Shown one piece after another: positions 12,948-25,956 of a stretch of 64,000 nt of DNA (its first letter is position 1; every line of letters begins with the position of its first letter). A model generated the notes under the pieces. It did not search any database. It was not told the origin of the DNA and saw only the letters and a program-made list of their open reading frames with translations. Both the position numbers and the translations under genes were made by a program. This stretch comes from Octopus sinensis. Its lineage: Eukaryota. The stretch spans positions 111,724,001 to 111,788,000 of the forward strand of contig NC_042998.1 in NCBI RefSeq assembly GCF_006345805.1. Direction: 5' to 3'.

Positions 12948-14494
12948 CAATGATGGCTTAGTCACTATCAACAACATTTTTGTATGTCTATGTGTCTGTT
13001 GTATATGTACACACATTTTTATGTATGTGTATATTTGACAGATTGGTTTGAGTGCTATTGATAACATGTAATCCAGTGCCACATGTTACATGGTCCAGTC
13101 ATCTGCTTCTGAAATTGCATCAGGCTAGCTTGGTGCAAATTCAGAAAAAGATGCAACACTCTTTGCCAGGTTAGCATGACAAAGGGTTTTGCTAGAAAAC
13201 CAGTCATAGGATTGACAACTATCTAGTAACAGTGCACAGGTTCATAGAAATACTCCTGAGAGTAATGAATTGCAAGCTCTTGTCAGAATATCTAAGAGAG
13301 AGGTAGATTGGGTTCCTTCCTTAACCATAGCTAAAGAGGGAGCTTATTTGCACTTCCCTGCTGCCTTGTAGATGAGTCCAGAAAAACAGGCTAGAGGATT
13401 TATACTAGAAGAGAAAAACGATCTATGGAAGTCAAATCTAAGATGGTTTCTGGGAGGAGGTATCAATTTTCAAGGACCGTCATCTATCTCTTTCACAGCA
13501 AAAATTATGTTACTTAAAAATGCATACTCCTAACACCACTATAGAGTTTCATTGTGCAGCTGTCTTCTCTTGTAATATGGATTTTGGACCACAGAGGTGG
13601 TAACTGTCAGTATGGTATCATAGTCATCTGTGATGAAAAAAACAACACCACTTGTGTAGTTTTCTTGCTTATGGGAGCACTTGATACATGGAGTGTAGGT
13701 AGTTGTATTCCCAATTCTGCAGGCAGCTGCGTGGCTACTTCATTTGCTGTTGTTGTCCTAGTCATTTGAAAAACACAAAAACTATTAAATTTACTTTAAA
13801 TTTATTTTGTGACAGCTCATAAAATATATTAAAAGTGACTTTATCAGCCTTTTGCATGTTTTAAATGGCCCCTCCATGGTTATAATTGCTTCAGATCTTG
13901 TGTTGTTGCCATGATAAAATGCATCATGTAGTTGGTGTTTATAAGGACACCCTTTCTTAGAAAACATGTGAAAAAATGTAGCATACAAGTAATAAGAGGT
14001 CTTCTAACTCATGTAGGAGGATAGTAATTCTGAATAAGAACTAACATTGTTATATATCATCTGCCTTCCATGGGTTGGATGGTTTGACAGGAGCTGACCA
14101 GGCAGAAAACTGTACCAGACTTCAGTATCTGCTTTGGCACAGTTCTTATGGCTGGATGCCCTTCCTAACACCATCTACCCTGCAGAGTGGACATATATAT
14201 GTAGTTGATAATCTTTTATCTGAAATTGGAAAGCAAATAATTTAGTGGGCAAGTAGATGTCTCTCAGTTCTCATTTTACGACTTAATGCCTAAACTTAAG
14301 GTGTTTAAGTTCTAACTACTGAATGACTCCTCACCAATACAAACACATTAACATTGATAACAGTAAGCCACTAGCGAAGTGTCTAAGTATTCTGGAATGA
14401 AATTGGAACTCCTTTTTGCTCATAATGAATCTGCTGCAGAATTAAAGAAATTCCAAATGTGAAAGCACTGCATAGAATTCAATCATAAAATATA

Positions 14495-14797
14495 TACTCT
14501 TTTACTTGTTTCAGTCATTTGACTGTGGCCATGCTGGAGCACCACCTTTAGTCGAGCAAATCGTCCCCAGAACTTATTCTTTATAAGCCTAGTACTTATT
14601 CTATCAGTTTCTTTTGCCGAACCACTAAGTTACGGGGACGTAAACACACCAGCATCAGTTGTCAAGCAATGTTGGGGGGACACACACAAACATACACACA
14701 CACACACATACATATATATGACGGGCTTCTTTCAGTTTCCATCTACCATATCCACTCACAAGGCTTTGGTCGGCCCGAGGCTATAGTAGAAGACACT
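14495..14797 (-). mobile_element. tRNA-derived SINE (5'-truncated) of the family seen complete at 18578-18960
   Basis: Reverse complement of the 18578-18960 element; further copies at about 8410, 8925, 9460, 10285, 11420, 15898, 16440, 21690 and 28617+29950. Confidence 0.8.
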
Positions 14798-15218
14798 GTC
14801 TCTGTCTCTCTCTACACTATATATATGCATACACACACACACACTCTGCTGTCACATTTTATTTTCATATATACCTAATTCCAGCATCTCTCTTCTGGAT
14901 CCTGCTTAACTACCTTATCCCATTAAAACTAGAATAGATCAGCCTATTCCAATTGTTAGCACTAATCACTTTTAATCTTTCTTACAATTCTATTTATTTA
15001 TATATTATGTCTATTGTTTCCTATTTATTCTATTCAAGGCACAGCTTAATCACTAAATCTACTGTTTTTCTCATAATGCTTTTCAGCTTAATTTTATTAT
15101 TTTTTATTTACTGTTTTATTTTTTTTTGCTATTTCTGGGTTTATGAAATTTTAATTGTGCATCATTTTATTTGTTTCTTTATCTACGAATGTGTCCATCT
15201 ACATTCATTTCTAGATTA

Positions 15219-15257
<39 letters not shown>

Positions 15258-15423
15258 CTGTCTGTACGCCTAACTATTCAGAACAGGTTTTTAAATTTCC
15301 TCAAATCATTTTCCTACCTGTTTGTTCTTCATGTTTGCATGCAATAACATGTAGTCACTATTCTCACGTAAATACATACATCACTCACACACACGCATCT
15401 GTGTGTGTGATTGTGTGTGTATG

Positions 15424-15455
<32 letters not shown>

Positions 15456-16419
15456 CGCATTTGTGTGTATTGTTTTATAAACAATACTGTTTTAGAATAT
15501 CATATATTGCATATAATGAAAAATAGTTTGCATTTTAACTATCTCTCCCCCCCCCTCTCTCTATATTTATATATATATATATGTGGAGGCGCAATGGCCC
15601 AGTGGTTAGGGCAGCGGACTCGCATTTGTAGGATCGCAGTTTCGATTCCCAGACCGGGCGTTGTTAGTGTTTATTGAGCGAAAACACCTAAAGCTCCATG
15701 AGGCTCCGGCAGGGGGTGGGTGGCGATCCCTGCTGTATTCTTTTGCTACAACTTTCTCTCACTCTTTCTTCTGTTGGCCTGCTCGCTTAGCCAGCGGGGT
15801 GGCGTATCTTGAAGGCTAAAACAATGCGAAGCGCATTGTGACCAGCGATGTGTAGCAACATCTGATAGCCTGGTTGGTCACGGTGATATATATATATAGG
15901 TGCAAGCATGTTTGTGTGGTTGAGAAGTTCACTTCCCAAGCACATGGAATAAGGTTCAGCTCCACTGCATGACACCTTGGGCAAGTTAACTTCTACCACA
16001 GCCTGGGGCCAACCAAAGTCTCGTGAATAGATATGGTAGACAGAAACTGAAAGAAGCCTCTGTGTGTTGTATGAGCTTGCATTTTCCTAGTATATGGTGC
16101 TTTGCAAATAATGGCTTTCTGACACTAGTCTGTCACAAAAGCATGTCCGGGCTTGTGGATACGTTGTGCAATTGTTGTAAACAAAAAGTTCATTCAGCCA
16201 GTGCCTTTTGTTTCCAGTTCTCTACATAAAGATCTGTCCAAGCTGTTTGTTGTCTGATAGACTGGCAGATTATTACTGCACTTGAAAACAAGTGGTGGTG
16301 GGGTTGACAACAGAAAGTGCATCCAGCTGTGAAAAAACAATTTTGCACCAACATATTCTCACTTCACTCATGTTAGCGTGGAAAAGTAGATAATAAAATG
16401 ATCACACATGCATGCACAT

Positions 16420-16454
<35 letters not shown>

Positions 16455-17866
16455 ATAGGATTCTTACAGTTTCTGACTACAAATTGACAAGGCATTGGTC
16501 AACACACTACTATAGCAGAAGACACTAACAGTGTCCAAACAATGGGAACAAACCCTAAACCACGTTGTTCCAAGGTGGACTTTGGTCACAAGCATAGCAG
16601 CGTAGTTTAGTGCTTATAAAATTAAGATTCACTAAATTTAAGAGGAATCTGTCTTCATTTCATCCATAATTACCAGCAATCCTCTGTTAACTCTGTTAAT
16701 CAGACTTCATTGTTAATGTCTAACTGAAATTTAGGGGAAAATTTGTTTGACTTTAATATCTAAAGACAATAATTGCACGTTATGTAAAGCAGTTGATTGG
16801 CAGAATCATTAGTGTCAGTCTTGTAGCAGTTATTTTGGTTCATTGTGTTATCAGTTCAAATCCAGCTGAGGTCATTTTTGTCTTTTCCTCCTAAGGTTGA
16901 GTAAGTACTTTTCAAGTACTGAATCAATTCTCGCTTTTTCTCTCTCCCTTCCCACCTCTCTCTTTAGAATTTGCTGCATTGCACTGTAGGTAAAGTCATA
17001 AGTCACTACTCATAGTGTCTTTACTTCTAAGAAGTAAATTTGAGTTAAGCAGAGACTAGCAACCTCTTATTTAACATGCTACAAAAACTGTGTAAAATAA
17101 CTAAATTGGCATGTTTGACCCTTGATCCTTCAACTTCCATTGCTATTACAACAGTCTCTGTTCCTCAGTCTTCCTTTTTCCACCACTCGTTCTATGCCTC
17201 TTCTACCAAACCCTGTGTTAATCACTTTACCTTGATCCTTCCTTCCTTCCCAGAACAAGTCTCCTTCCCATACATCTTTCCTCATAGAGGTTCAAATTGA
17301 CATTAACCATATCAATATCAGTCTAAGGAGTATATAAGGGATGCAGTCCCTTTTTCCCAATGAAACGTTATTTAAATATATGTATATCATCATCACCATT
17401 GTTCTAAAGTCTGCTTTTCCATGCTTGCATGAGTCACACAGAATTTGTCGAAGCAGATTTTTTTTTTTAATGGTCAGATTCCCTTCTTGTTGCAGACCCT
17501 CAACTGTTTCCAAGCAAAGTAATAATTCTCCATGGATGGACATGTCTCCACAGAGAATTAGAAATGAATGATACGGCTTGTTTGTTGGGGGGGTCATTCA
17601 TTTACAACTGTTGCATGATGCCAAGATAAGGACCTACTCACACACACACATGCATACATATAGGCCCCCTTCTTGGAAGCTCAGCCCCTGACTGAGGCAC
17701 TTTTCATTCTTGTGCTCTTGTTTAATCCCAGGTTAATCTTAATTGAGCAGATTTATGCACAAAGGCATTCTAGCCATGAACTTAGATCTTTTTAGATTTA
17801 TCTAGGATTACATTACCTTATCTAATGTATTTTTCGTACTTATGATGTTAGGGTTAGATTTACAAA

Positions 17867-18575
17867 TAGGAACAACTCACCACCGCTGACTCAAAGGACA
17901 ACTCTACACTAGGACAACTCAACACCAGGAAAATTGATTAATAAATAATTTGTTTTATAACATTATCAGAAATTTATGAAAAGATTAATCTTAATACATG
18001 GCTTGAATATAAAGAAACAGAACTTTTAGAATTCGAATAAAAGTAATTCATAAAGGATATAATTATGTGTGTGTGTGTGCATTCCAGAACAATGGTTTAT
18101 TTGCTTCACTCTCGACCCAAGCTTCTTCAAGTTAGCAGTTTGTCGCAGTAATTTATTGGTCATAATGGCCTGTTTAGCTTGTGTCAAAGGTATTTAGATT
18201 GCTCTAAACCATTCAAAGAAGGAATATCAGGAATTCATATCTTTCTACCAATGCTGGCAGTCAATGCTCTTGAGATCGACATTGAGATGTAGAAATTTTG
18301 AAAGTTGGATTCGGGAATACATATTCAAATATGAAGGCAGATGACAGAATTCTGCATATTGTTTCATCTTTTTCAGAACGATCTCCCACAGAATATTTGA
18401 AGGGAATTGTATACAACTTTCAGTAAATTTCTCATTTAAATTTTATCCTTGTATTAAAAATGTATAGTTTCTCAATTACTTTAATTCGAATTTTAAAACT
18501 TATGTCGTCTTAAATTAATCTTTTATAATTACCTGATAATGTTATAAAATGATAAAGTTATAAAACGAATAAATT
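17867..18575. mobile_element. Possible degenerate DNA transposon remnant (MULE-like subterminal repeats)
   Basis: Tandem ggacaactc(a)cacc motifs at 17867-17930 followed by unique-looking decayed sequence; classification from memory only. Confidence 0.3.
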
Positions 18576-18577
18576 AT

Positions 18578-18960
18578 AGGTGTAGGAGCGGCTGTGTGGT
18601 AAGTAGCTTGCTTACAAACCACATGGTTCCGGGTTCAGTCCCACTGTGTAGCACCTTGGGCAAGTATCTTCTACTATAGCCTTGGGCCAACCAAAGCCTT
18701 GTGAGTGGATTTGGTAGACAGAAACTGAAAGAAACCCGTCGTATATGTGTATGTGTGTATGTGTTTGTCCCCCCAACATCGCTTGACAACTGATGCTGAT
18801 GTGTTTGCATCCCTGCAACTTAGCGGTTCGGTAAAGGAGACCGATAGAATAAGTACTAGGTTTATAAAGAATAAGTCCTGGGGTTGATTTGCTCAACTAA
18901 AGGCAGTGCTCCAGCATGGCCACAGTCAAATGACTGAAACCAGTAAAAGAGTAAAGAGTA
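18578..18960 (+). mobile_element. Full-length tRNA-derived SINE
   Basis: ggctgtgtggtaag A-box-like, gggttcagtcc B-box-like, ccttgggcaagt core, internal (TG)n, gtaaaagagtaaagagta tail. Confidence 0.85.
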
Positions 18961-19118
18961 TTTATTAATCAGTTTTCCTGGTGTTGATTTGGCAGTGTTG
19001 AGTTATCCTGCACCCTTAGATTTAAGGATGATTTGGCTGCTATTTCTAACAGGCTAATGATCATGTAGAAACTTCCATGTGTGATTAGAGGAAGATTTCT
19101 TTTTGCTGTTTGTTATTT

Positions 19119-19440
19119 TACCAGGAGCTGGTAGAGCAATGTAGAAATTAGGGCTAGGAGGAAAGTTGTGAGACAATAAAAGGGGGCTGTCAAGGTTTGC
19201 AAGGCATTCATTCTTCAAAGTTCTGTCTGGGCTTCAAGTTACTGGTGCAGCAAAGAAGACAACCATAAATTCCGTCACTGAAACTGCAGAGAAGGCCACA
19301 AGGTGGCTTGGAATAAGAAAGACCAGTTTTTTGCTGCAACTAGGATGCAAACTGGGACTTCATTAACCCCAACTAGATCAATTGGGCAAGGAGGTCTGAT
19401 GTTGAAAGGAAACATCACTGATGATGCATCCCAGAGCAAG
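19119..19440 (+). mobile_element. HERO-like (restriction-like endonuclease non-LTR retrotransposon) 3' remnant
   Basis: Decayed YQELVEQCRN*G*..CETIKGGCQG / FARHSFFKVLSGLQVTGAAKKTTINSVTETAEKATRWL, then 3' UTR gtctgatgttgaaag...catcactgatgatgcatcccag. Confidence 0.75.
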
Positions 19441-21416
19441 ATGTATCTTAGAACTAAATTAAATATCTATTTATTTTCATGCAACGTAGCTAGAAAGGTT
19501 TTTGTTGGAGCGATTATTTTTATGAAAGCAAAAACTGACCAACATAAACTACTTTGAAGAAGCTACTGATGGTAAGTGTCAGTAATAAAAGCAGTTAATA
19601 AGCTTTATAAAGTAAGATGGGCCCTGTTAAGTTTAGAAGAGTTTGATAGTTTGAAATACTGTAGGAAGTGTAGAATCTATCATTTTAACCTTTGCCTTTG
19701 CCCAGAGTGAGAGAAAAAAAATATTGTCTTTCTTTTTCACTCTCAGGTGAAGGGTAAGATTTGGCACTCATTAAAACAATTCAACTTGTCAAACTCTCTC
19801 ATTCATCAGTTGCTGTTAATGCAGACCATATACTTTATTTCTGACTGTTCTATTATTTGCCATTAAATTTCACAGCTGGATGTTTCTCTCTGCTAATAAC
19901 TCAACTTCTTTTCTTGAAATCATTCTTGGCATTTTCTTTGATCTTCATGAAATTTTAGTAATTACTCTCCACAAAACATTTTAATCAAAAATTCAACACC
20001 AAAAACTATATTAATCATTGTTTAAATTTTTAATTCATTGTCTGCAACTCTTTTTGTGTCACTCTCTTCTTTGTTGGTGCGGATGATTGATTTTTGGGAC
20101 ATGCTAAATTGTCTACATCAATTAATATCCAACCTGCACCCATATTGCTGAGCGAAATATCTTCCCCCAGTCCTCCAGACTGTCTTGACTTCTTTCTTTC
20201 TTCCAAATCCTATCTGTACTCTACTGCTTGTCCCTTCATATCATCTTAACACTGTCTCCTCAAGTCAATCTGTCCAACATCATTCTACTACAGAATAACA
20301 ATTGTTCACCAAGTTCTTTGGTAATTCAAGACTGCCAACTAGCTGGAACTATATCAACGTGATACTGATTAACTAGCAACCTTTATACCATTCTGTATCT
20401 TGTTCAATTCAATACTACACACAACTACATATAGAATTTCATTTCACTTTGTGGCACATATCTCTTTATGTTCCAAAAATAAACTATTTTTTTACAAGTT
20501 CTAAATTCTCTTGTTTCTCTCCCACATATATTCCAAAATTGTTTCTGTAATATTATAATTACAAAGGAATAGAAGAAAAGTTTTATGAAAGCAACTGTAT
20601 TAAATATAACAATGATTAAAATTTTTTTTTAAATTTTTATTTTATCTAGTTTCATCTCATGAGCTGTGGCCATGCTGGGACACATATTTTTTACTATTAA
20701 CTTCATCCTTAATGTTTATATTTACAGTATTTATATTTATACTGCATTTGTAATGGTTTGCTCTCCTATTGAAATGAAACTGGATACAAATCATCGTCAT
20801 CATCATTGTTTAACGTCCGCTTTCCATGCTAGCATGGGTTGGACAATTTGACTGAGGTCTTGCGAACCAGATGGCTGTACCAAACACCAATCTACAGCTG
20901 GATGCCCTTCCTAAAAACCACTCTGAGAGTGTAGTGGGTGCTTTTACATGCCATCTGCCCGAGGGCCAGTCAGGCAGTACTGGCAATGGCCACGATCAAA
21001 TGGTTCTTTTTATGTACCACCTACACAGTAGCCAGTCCAGCGGCACTGGCAATGACCTTGCTCGAATGTTTTTTCATGTGCCACCAGCACAAGTATTAGT
21101 AAGGCAACGCAGCTAACGATCACGCTCGAATGGTGTTTTTAACATGCCATTGGCTCGGAGGCTTGCTTGTTGCTCTGGCCTTGATCTCACTCATATGGTA
21201 CTCTTAGCGCTCCACTAGCACAAATATGCGCACTAAATATAATTGAGTCACAAAAATTATTGGAGGACACAATTCTAGATTTTTACTCATGCTTCTAAAT
21301 TAGAGTTTCCATAATGACCCATCATAGATGTTGAATCAATGGTTTAAATGGTTAATAAAACATGTCTCTTCTATTTTACAGATTCCTGCAAAAGGAACTG
21401 ACAGAAGAATTTAATA

Positions 21417-21437
21417 ATGCCCAAATATTTTAATCTA
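21417..21437 (+). CDS. FBXO30/FBXO40-like F-box protein, first coding exon (MPKYFNL); the exon begins at 21382 with 5' UTR
   Basis: Acceptor ctattttacAG at 21380-21381; in-frame TGA at 21399-21401 upstream of ATG 21417; 7 codons then GTAAGT donor at 21438; phase 0 matches the next exon. Confidence 0.75.
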
Positions 21438-22158
21438 GTAAGTGAAAAAATATGTTTTATGTTTTGCTAATTTGTTGAAAAGAGAACCATACCGATGTAC
21501 TATCATCATCCATATTAATTTACTTCTGATATACTGTTGCACTTGTAAAGCGAATGATGTTATTGAAGCAAAATTAAGCACATTTGAAAGTAAATAAGAC
21601 AGAAAATTTCTTTTCTTTTTTTTTTGTTGTGGCTTAGTCAGTGTATTAGGTCTATCACTTAGGTGTGGGTGCAGTCTACCTGATGTGCTTTTAACACAGT
21701 TTTTGTCTACAAATTTTCACTCACAAGACTTTGTTAATCCAAAGCTCTGGCATAAGATACTGGCTCAAGATATCCTGCTGTGGGATTGAGCCTGAAACTG
21801 TGTAGTTCTTAAATGAACATCTTAATCACACTGTCACACCTGTACCCACTTTGACCACACTTAAGAATTAACACTTCTGGGATCAATTGAGTGCCCCTCT
21901 CCCATAACACTAAAACGATGTCAGCTGTTTTAAGATCAGAAACTAGATATCATTTGAACACTTAATCATCATTTTTGTCTCAAGTGAGGGTGTTGTAGTT
22001 TGTTGTGGTAATAGTAGTGGTAGAAACATTTGTAGTTATAACAGCAGAAAAGTATTTAAAAGTTATAGTTATACTATTGAATCTGCTGTAAATAAGTTTG
22101 TCAGATTTGTTAACTTTTTATTTCTTTTTCTTTTTTTTTTCTATGAATCATTTTTCAG

Positions 22159-24012
22159 ATAAATGATGATGAAGAAGATTGTGAAAACTGGAAGTTATTG
22201 GAGCTGCAACTGGTGCATGTCCATTGCCATGATTGTTACAATAGTTCTTGTACTGAGGGTGAAGATGGAAATTATACCACTCCAGATGGCCAAACGCGCT
22301 GTTGCCCTGTCACAAGCTGTGAAAATAGCTGTGGTGCAGTTTATCATGAATGCAAAGGACCAGAGCATAATCTGCTTTGTCCCTTTGAACGAGTGCCTTG
22401 TATCAATGTAAATTATGGCTGCCCCTTAATCATACATCGAGCAGCTCTTGGAAGACATCTTGAAGTCTGTCCAGCTAGTGTGATATTTTGTTCCTTTGAA
22501 TGGAATCGCTGGCCCATGCATTCAACAGAAGATGGGGTGAAAGCACCTTTGCCTCTGGAAAACCGTCATCTTCGTTCCCGGCAACTTGATGTAGCACTTG
22601 CTCTTCGAGATCAACGAATGTTAATCGAAACCCGAAAGGCCCCTCGAAGGACACGTCACATACTTAGGAATTCACTTACTCAGCGCCACCCAGCTGCTCC
22701 CTTTTTACACCACAGTAGTTCATTTGACTCTGACAACTTGAATTCAGCTGGTACTTCACAGACAGTTTCTGATGATGATAGTGATGGGCCATGGGAAAAT
22801 GCAAAATCTCCACCAGGACTACAACGTAGTGTTTGCAGCAAACTTTTCCGTACCACTGATCAACAGAACTCACCAACTTCACCGGAGGAACGCTCTGACC
22901 AAGTTGTAAACAGGAAAATTAAATTAAGTACGCAAACAAAATCAAAAAGTTTAGATAATTCACAGAAATTTACTCAATTAGGACTAGATTATCCAATAAT
23001 ATGTTCCCTTTGTAAGAATTCTCAATCCAATATTGCCATGGAATTGCCTGATATAAATTCTTCAAATAGCCACTGTCAAGAATCAGAATGCCTTAATAAA
23101 TGTTGCCATTATTCAGCTCAAACAACGAATGAAAAGTCAATTAACTCCCAGCAGAATATGAACATCCATGAAATAGCTAATGTTCATATCAATGAAATAG
23201 ATTCAGAAGAAGTGGCTGGGATGGCATGCCAAGCTCCTAACTGTGAGCTGATGACTGAAGATGGCAGTTCCTCAAAATCAGTCCAGACTGTGAAATTAAA
23301 TGAACTACTTGGTGTTTCTTTGAACATTGAATGCATGACACGGTATCAACCGAAACCTAGGTCTATGTTTACATTCCTCTGTGCTCAAGAATTCCGTCGT
23401 GATGAATATGCTTGGCACTATAAAAATGTCCACAATGATATCCACTGTGGGTTAAATGGTTGGCTTGAGCAACGATGTCCACTAGCTCACAGTGGGTGTA
23501 CATTTTCCTTTTGCCGGTTTTATCCTGATCAGGTAAACTATAAAATTATCCATAGTAGTCTAGTGGAAAGTTTTGGAGTAAAAACTTCATGGAACTGTGA
23601 GGAAAATGTTTCAAAATCTGTACATGAAATTCAACCATCAGCACCTCTTACAATGCATTGTGAATGTAAGAAAAAATCCCACGGGAAGACTCTTCCAAAG
23701 TCTCGAGAAGTGACTCCTGAAATTGTTACGTCCAGCCAGTATGATTCTATGGTGCGTGTTGTTAATGTTGACCAAAAGAAAGAAGAAATACAACAACCGG
23801 ATTGTGACTTCCTAACAGCATTGCCATATGAACTATTGCAACAAATACTGCAAAATCTTGACAGTTTTAGTTTATGTAACTTAGCTGCTAGCAGTAAATA
23901 TCTGAGAGACGTCTGTTCAAGTCTGTTAGAAACTCGTGGTCTTGTGACTTTAATTTGGCAAAAGAAAATTGATGAAACCACTGGGGAAGGTCACTGGAAA
24001 ATTGCTTATAAA
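22159..24012 (+). CDS. FBXO30/FBXO40-like F-box protein, main exon (TRAF-type zinc finger, conserved FTFLCAQEFRRDEY region, F-box)
   Basis: Open frame from tttttcAG|ATA AAT GAT to ...GCT TAT AAA|GTAAGT. Motifs HCHDC..C...CGAVYHECK..EH.LLCP.ERVPCIN..YGCP, HLEVCPASVIFCSFEWNRWP, CAQEFRRDEYAWHYKNVHNDIH.GLNGWLEQRCPLA and F-box LTALPYELLQQILQNLDSFSLCNLA.S match the FBXO30/FBXO40 family. Confidence 0.95.
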
Positions 24013-25117
24013 GTAAGTCTATTCTTATATTTGATATGAAAAAATTTTAGTGTAACAAACCTAAATCTAAAATTGCTAAACAAGAATGGCATTTTCACTT
24101 TGTGGGATTATTTTATATACAGATCATTACAGATATTTTATTTTTAGCTTGAAAAAGAAAATAGTATATGCATGTGAAAAAGTAAATAGCATATGTGTGT
24201 GTTGTTTCTCACAGAAAAGTCATTAAGTTTGAAGCAAGATCTGTACCAGACGCACTTTTCAGTTTGTGTAATTTTTGGAACTCTACAACATACATACTTG
24301 CAGATACAATATGAAATTTATGCTATTGTTTTTTTTTGGCGTAAGGGTGGGGGGAGCAGATAGTGCAGTGATGTCAACAATTATCACAAACTATACTAAA
24401 GATTGATACATCCAAGTTTCTAGATGCTAGTGTGAAACTGAGGCAGAAGTAACTGCAGACTCCCTCTCTTTCTCTCCCTCTCTCACATATATACACATTT
24501 TGATCTAAGAGACTCTCCATGAGTGCTTATTCTGTACTGTGGTGTTTTCATCATCCTCATCATCACTGTTAAATGACCGCTTTCCATGCTAGCATGGGTT
24601 GGACGATTTGACTGAGGACTGGCAAACCAGATGGCTGCACCAGGCTCCAATATGATCTGGCAACATTTCTACAGCTGGATACCCTTCCTAATGCCAACCA
24701 CACCGAGAGTGTAGTGGGTGCTTTTATCTGCAACCGGCACAAGGGCCAGTCAGGCGGTACTGGCAATGGCCATGCTCAAATGGTGTCTTTTACGTGTCAC
24801 CTGCACTGAAGCCAGTCCAGTGGCACTGGCAACGACCTCACTCGAATGTTTTTTCACATGCCACCGTCACAAGTGCCAGTAAGGCGATGCGGGTAATGAT
24901 CACACTTGAATGGTGCTTTTTATGTGTCACCGGCATGGAAGCCAGTCAGCTGCTCTGGCAACAATCATGCTCGGATGGTGCTCTTAGCGCTCCAGTTATC
25001 AAACTATATATTTTTTACAATTTGTGTACCGCAGGCCAGTCGATGCGGTACTGGCTCCGAACGTGGCCGTAGCCAGTACCGCATCGACTGGCCTCCGTGC
25101 TGTGGGCACGTAACAAG

Positions 25118-25428
25118 CACCATCCGATCGTGGCCGTTTGCCAGCCTCATCTGGCACCTGTGTCGGTGGCACATAAAAACACCATCCGAGCGTGGCCGTC
25201 TGCCAGCCTCGTCTGGCACCTGTGTCGGTGGCACATAAAAACACCATCCGAGCGTGGCCGTCTGCCAGCCTCGTCTGGCACCTGTGTCGGTGGCACATAA
25301 AAAACACCATCCGAGCGTGGCCGTCTGCCAGCCTCGTCTGGCACCTGTGTCGGTGGCACATAAAAAACACCATCCGAGCGTGGCCGTTTGTCAGCCTCGT
25401 CTGGCACCTGTGTCGGTGGCACATAAAA
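25118..25428 (+). repeat. Five tandem 62-63 bp units inside a young RTE-tail copy (25025-25597)
   Basis: Unit caccatccgagcgtggccgtctgccagcctcgtctggcacctgtgtcggtggcacataaaaa starts at 25118, 25180, 25242, 25305 and 25368. Confidence 0.9.
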
Positions 25429-25956
25429 TCACCCACTACACTCTCGGAGTGGTTGGCGTTAGGAAGGGCATCCAGCTGTAGAAACACTGCCAGATCTGAC
25501 TGGACTGGTGCAGCTTTCGGGCTCCCCAGACCCCAGTTGAACCGTCCAACCCATGCTAGCATGGAAAGCGGACGTTAAATGATGATGATGATGATGTGTA
25601 TACAGTTCACATACACTCAAGTACACTCATGTGCACTCACTCACACATCTGCCTGTCTGTTTAGCTTCAAATGTTATGGTTTTACAAATTAGAAAAAGAG
25701 TAAGAATTTTGTATTTTGTTGTTTCTGCTCAGTGCATTTCCATTAGGATTGGAATTCGTAATATAAGTTTGTCAGAGTCACTGAGTAAGCAGAAATACTT
25801 GCTTTGTTTAAAATGCAATGCAATTGATGTTGGATTATTGAACTTAGGATTACATAGTCAATAGTATAACATGTTTTTAAAATAATGATATAGGTAAAGG
25901 AATCTTTTTTTTCTTCTTCTCTTTACAATTGAAATTGTTTCTTTCTGTCTTTTTAG

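Noticed and set aside
19125-19571. Candidate 5' UTR exon (ccAG...GGTAAG)
   Set aside because: Mostly explained by the HERO-like remnant; exonisation cannot be supported without transcripts.
23631-23981. Antisense and alternative-frame ORFs over the F-box exon (also 22163-22411, 22676-22882)
   Set aside because: Shadows of the real coding exon with no independent motifs.
25118-25428. CRISPR-like regular repeats
   Set aside because: Units are contiguous with no unique spacers, lie inside a retroelement tail in eukaryotic DNA, and no cas genes are present.
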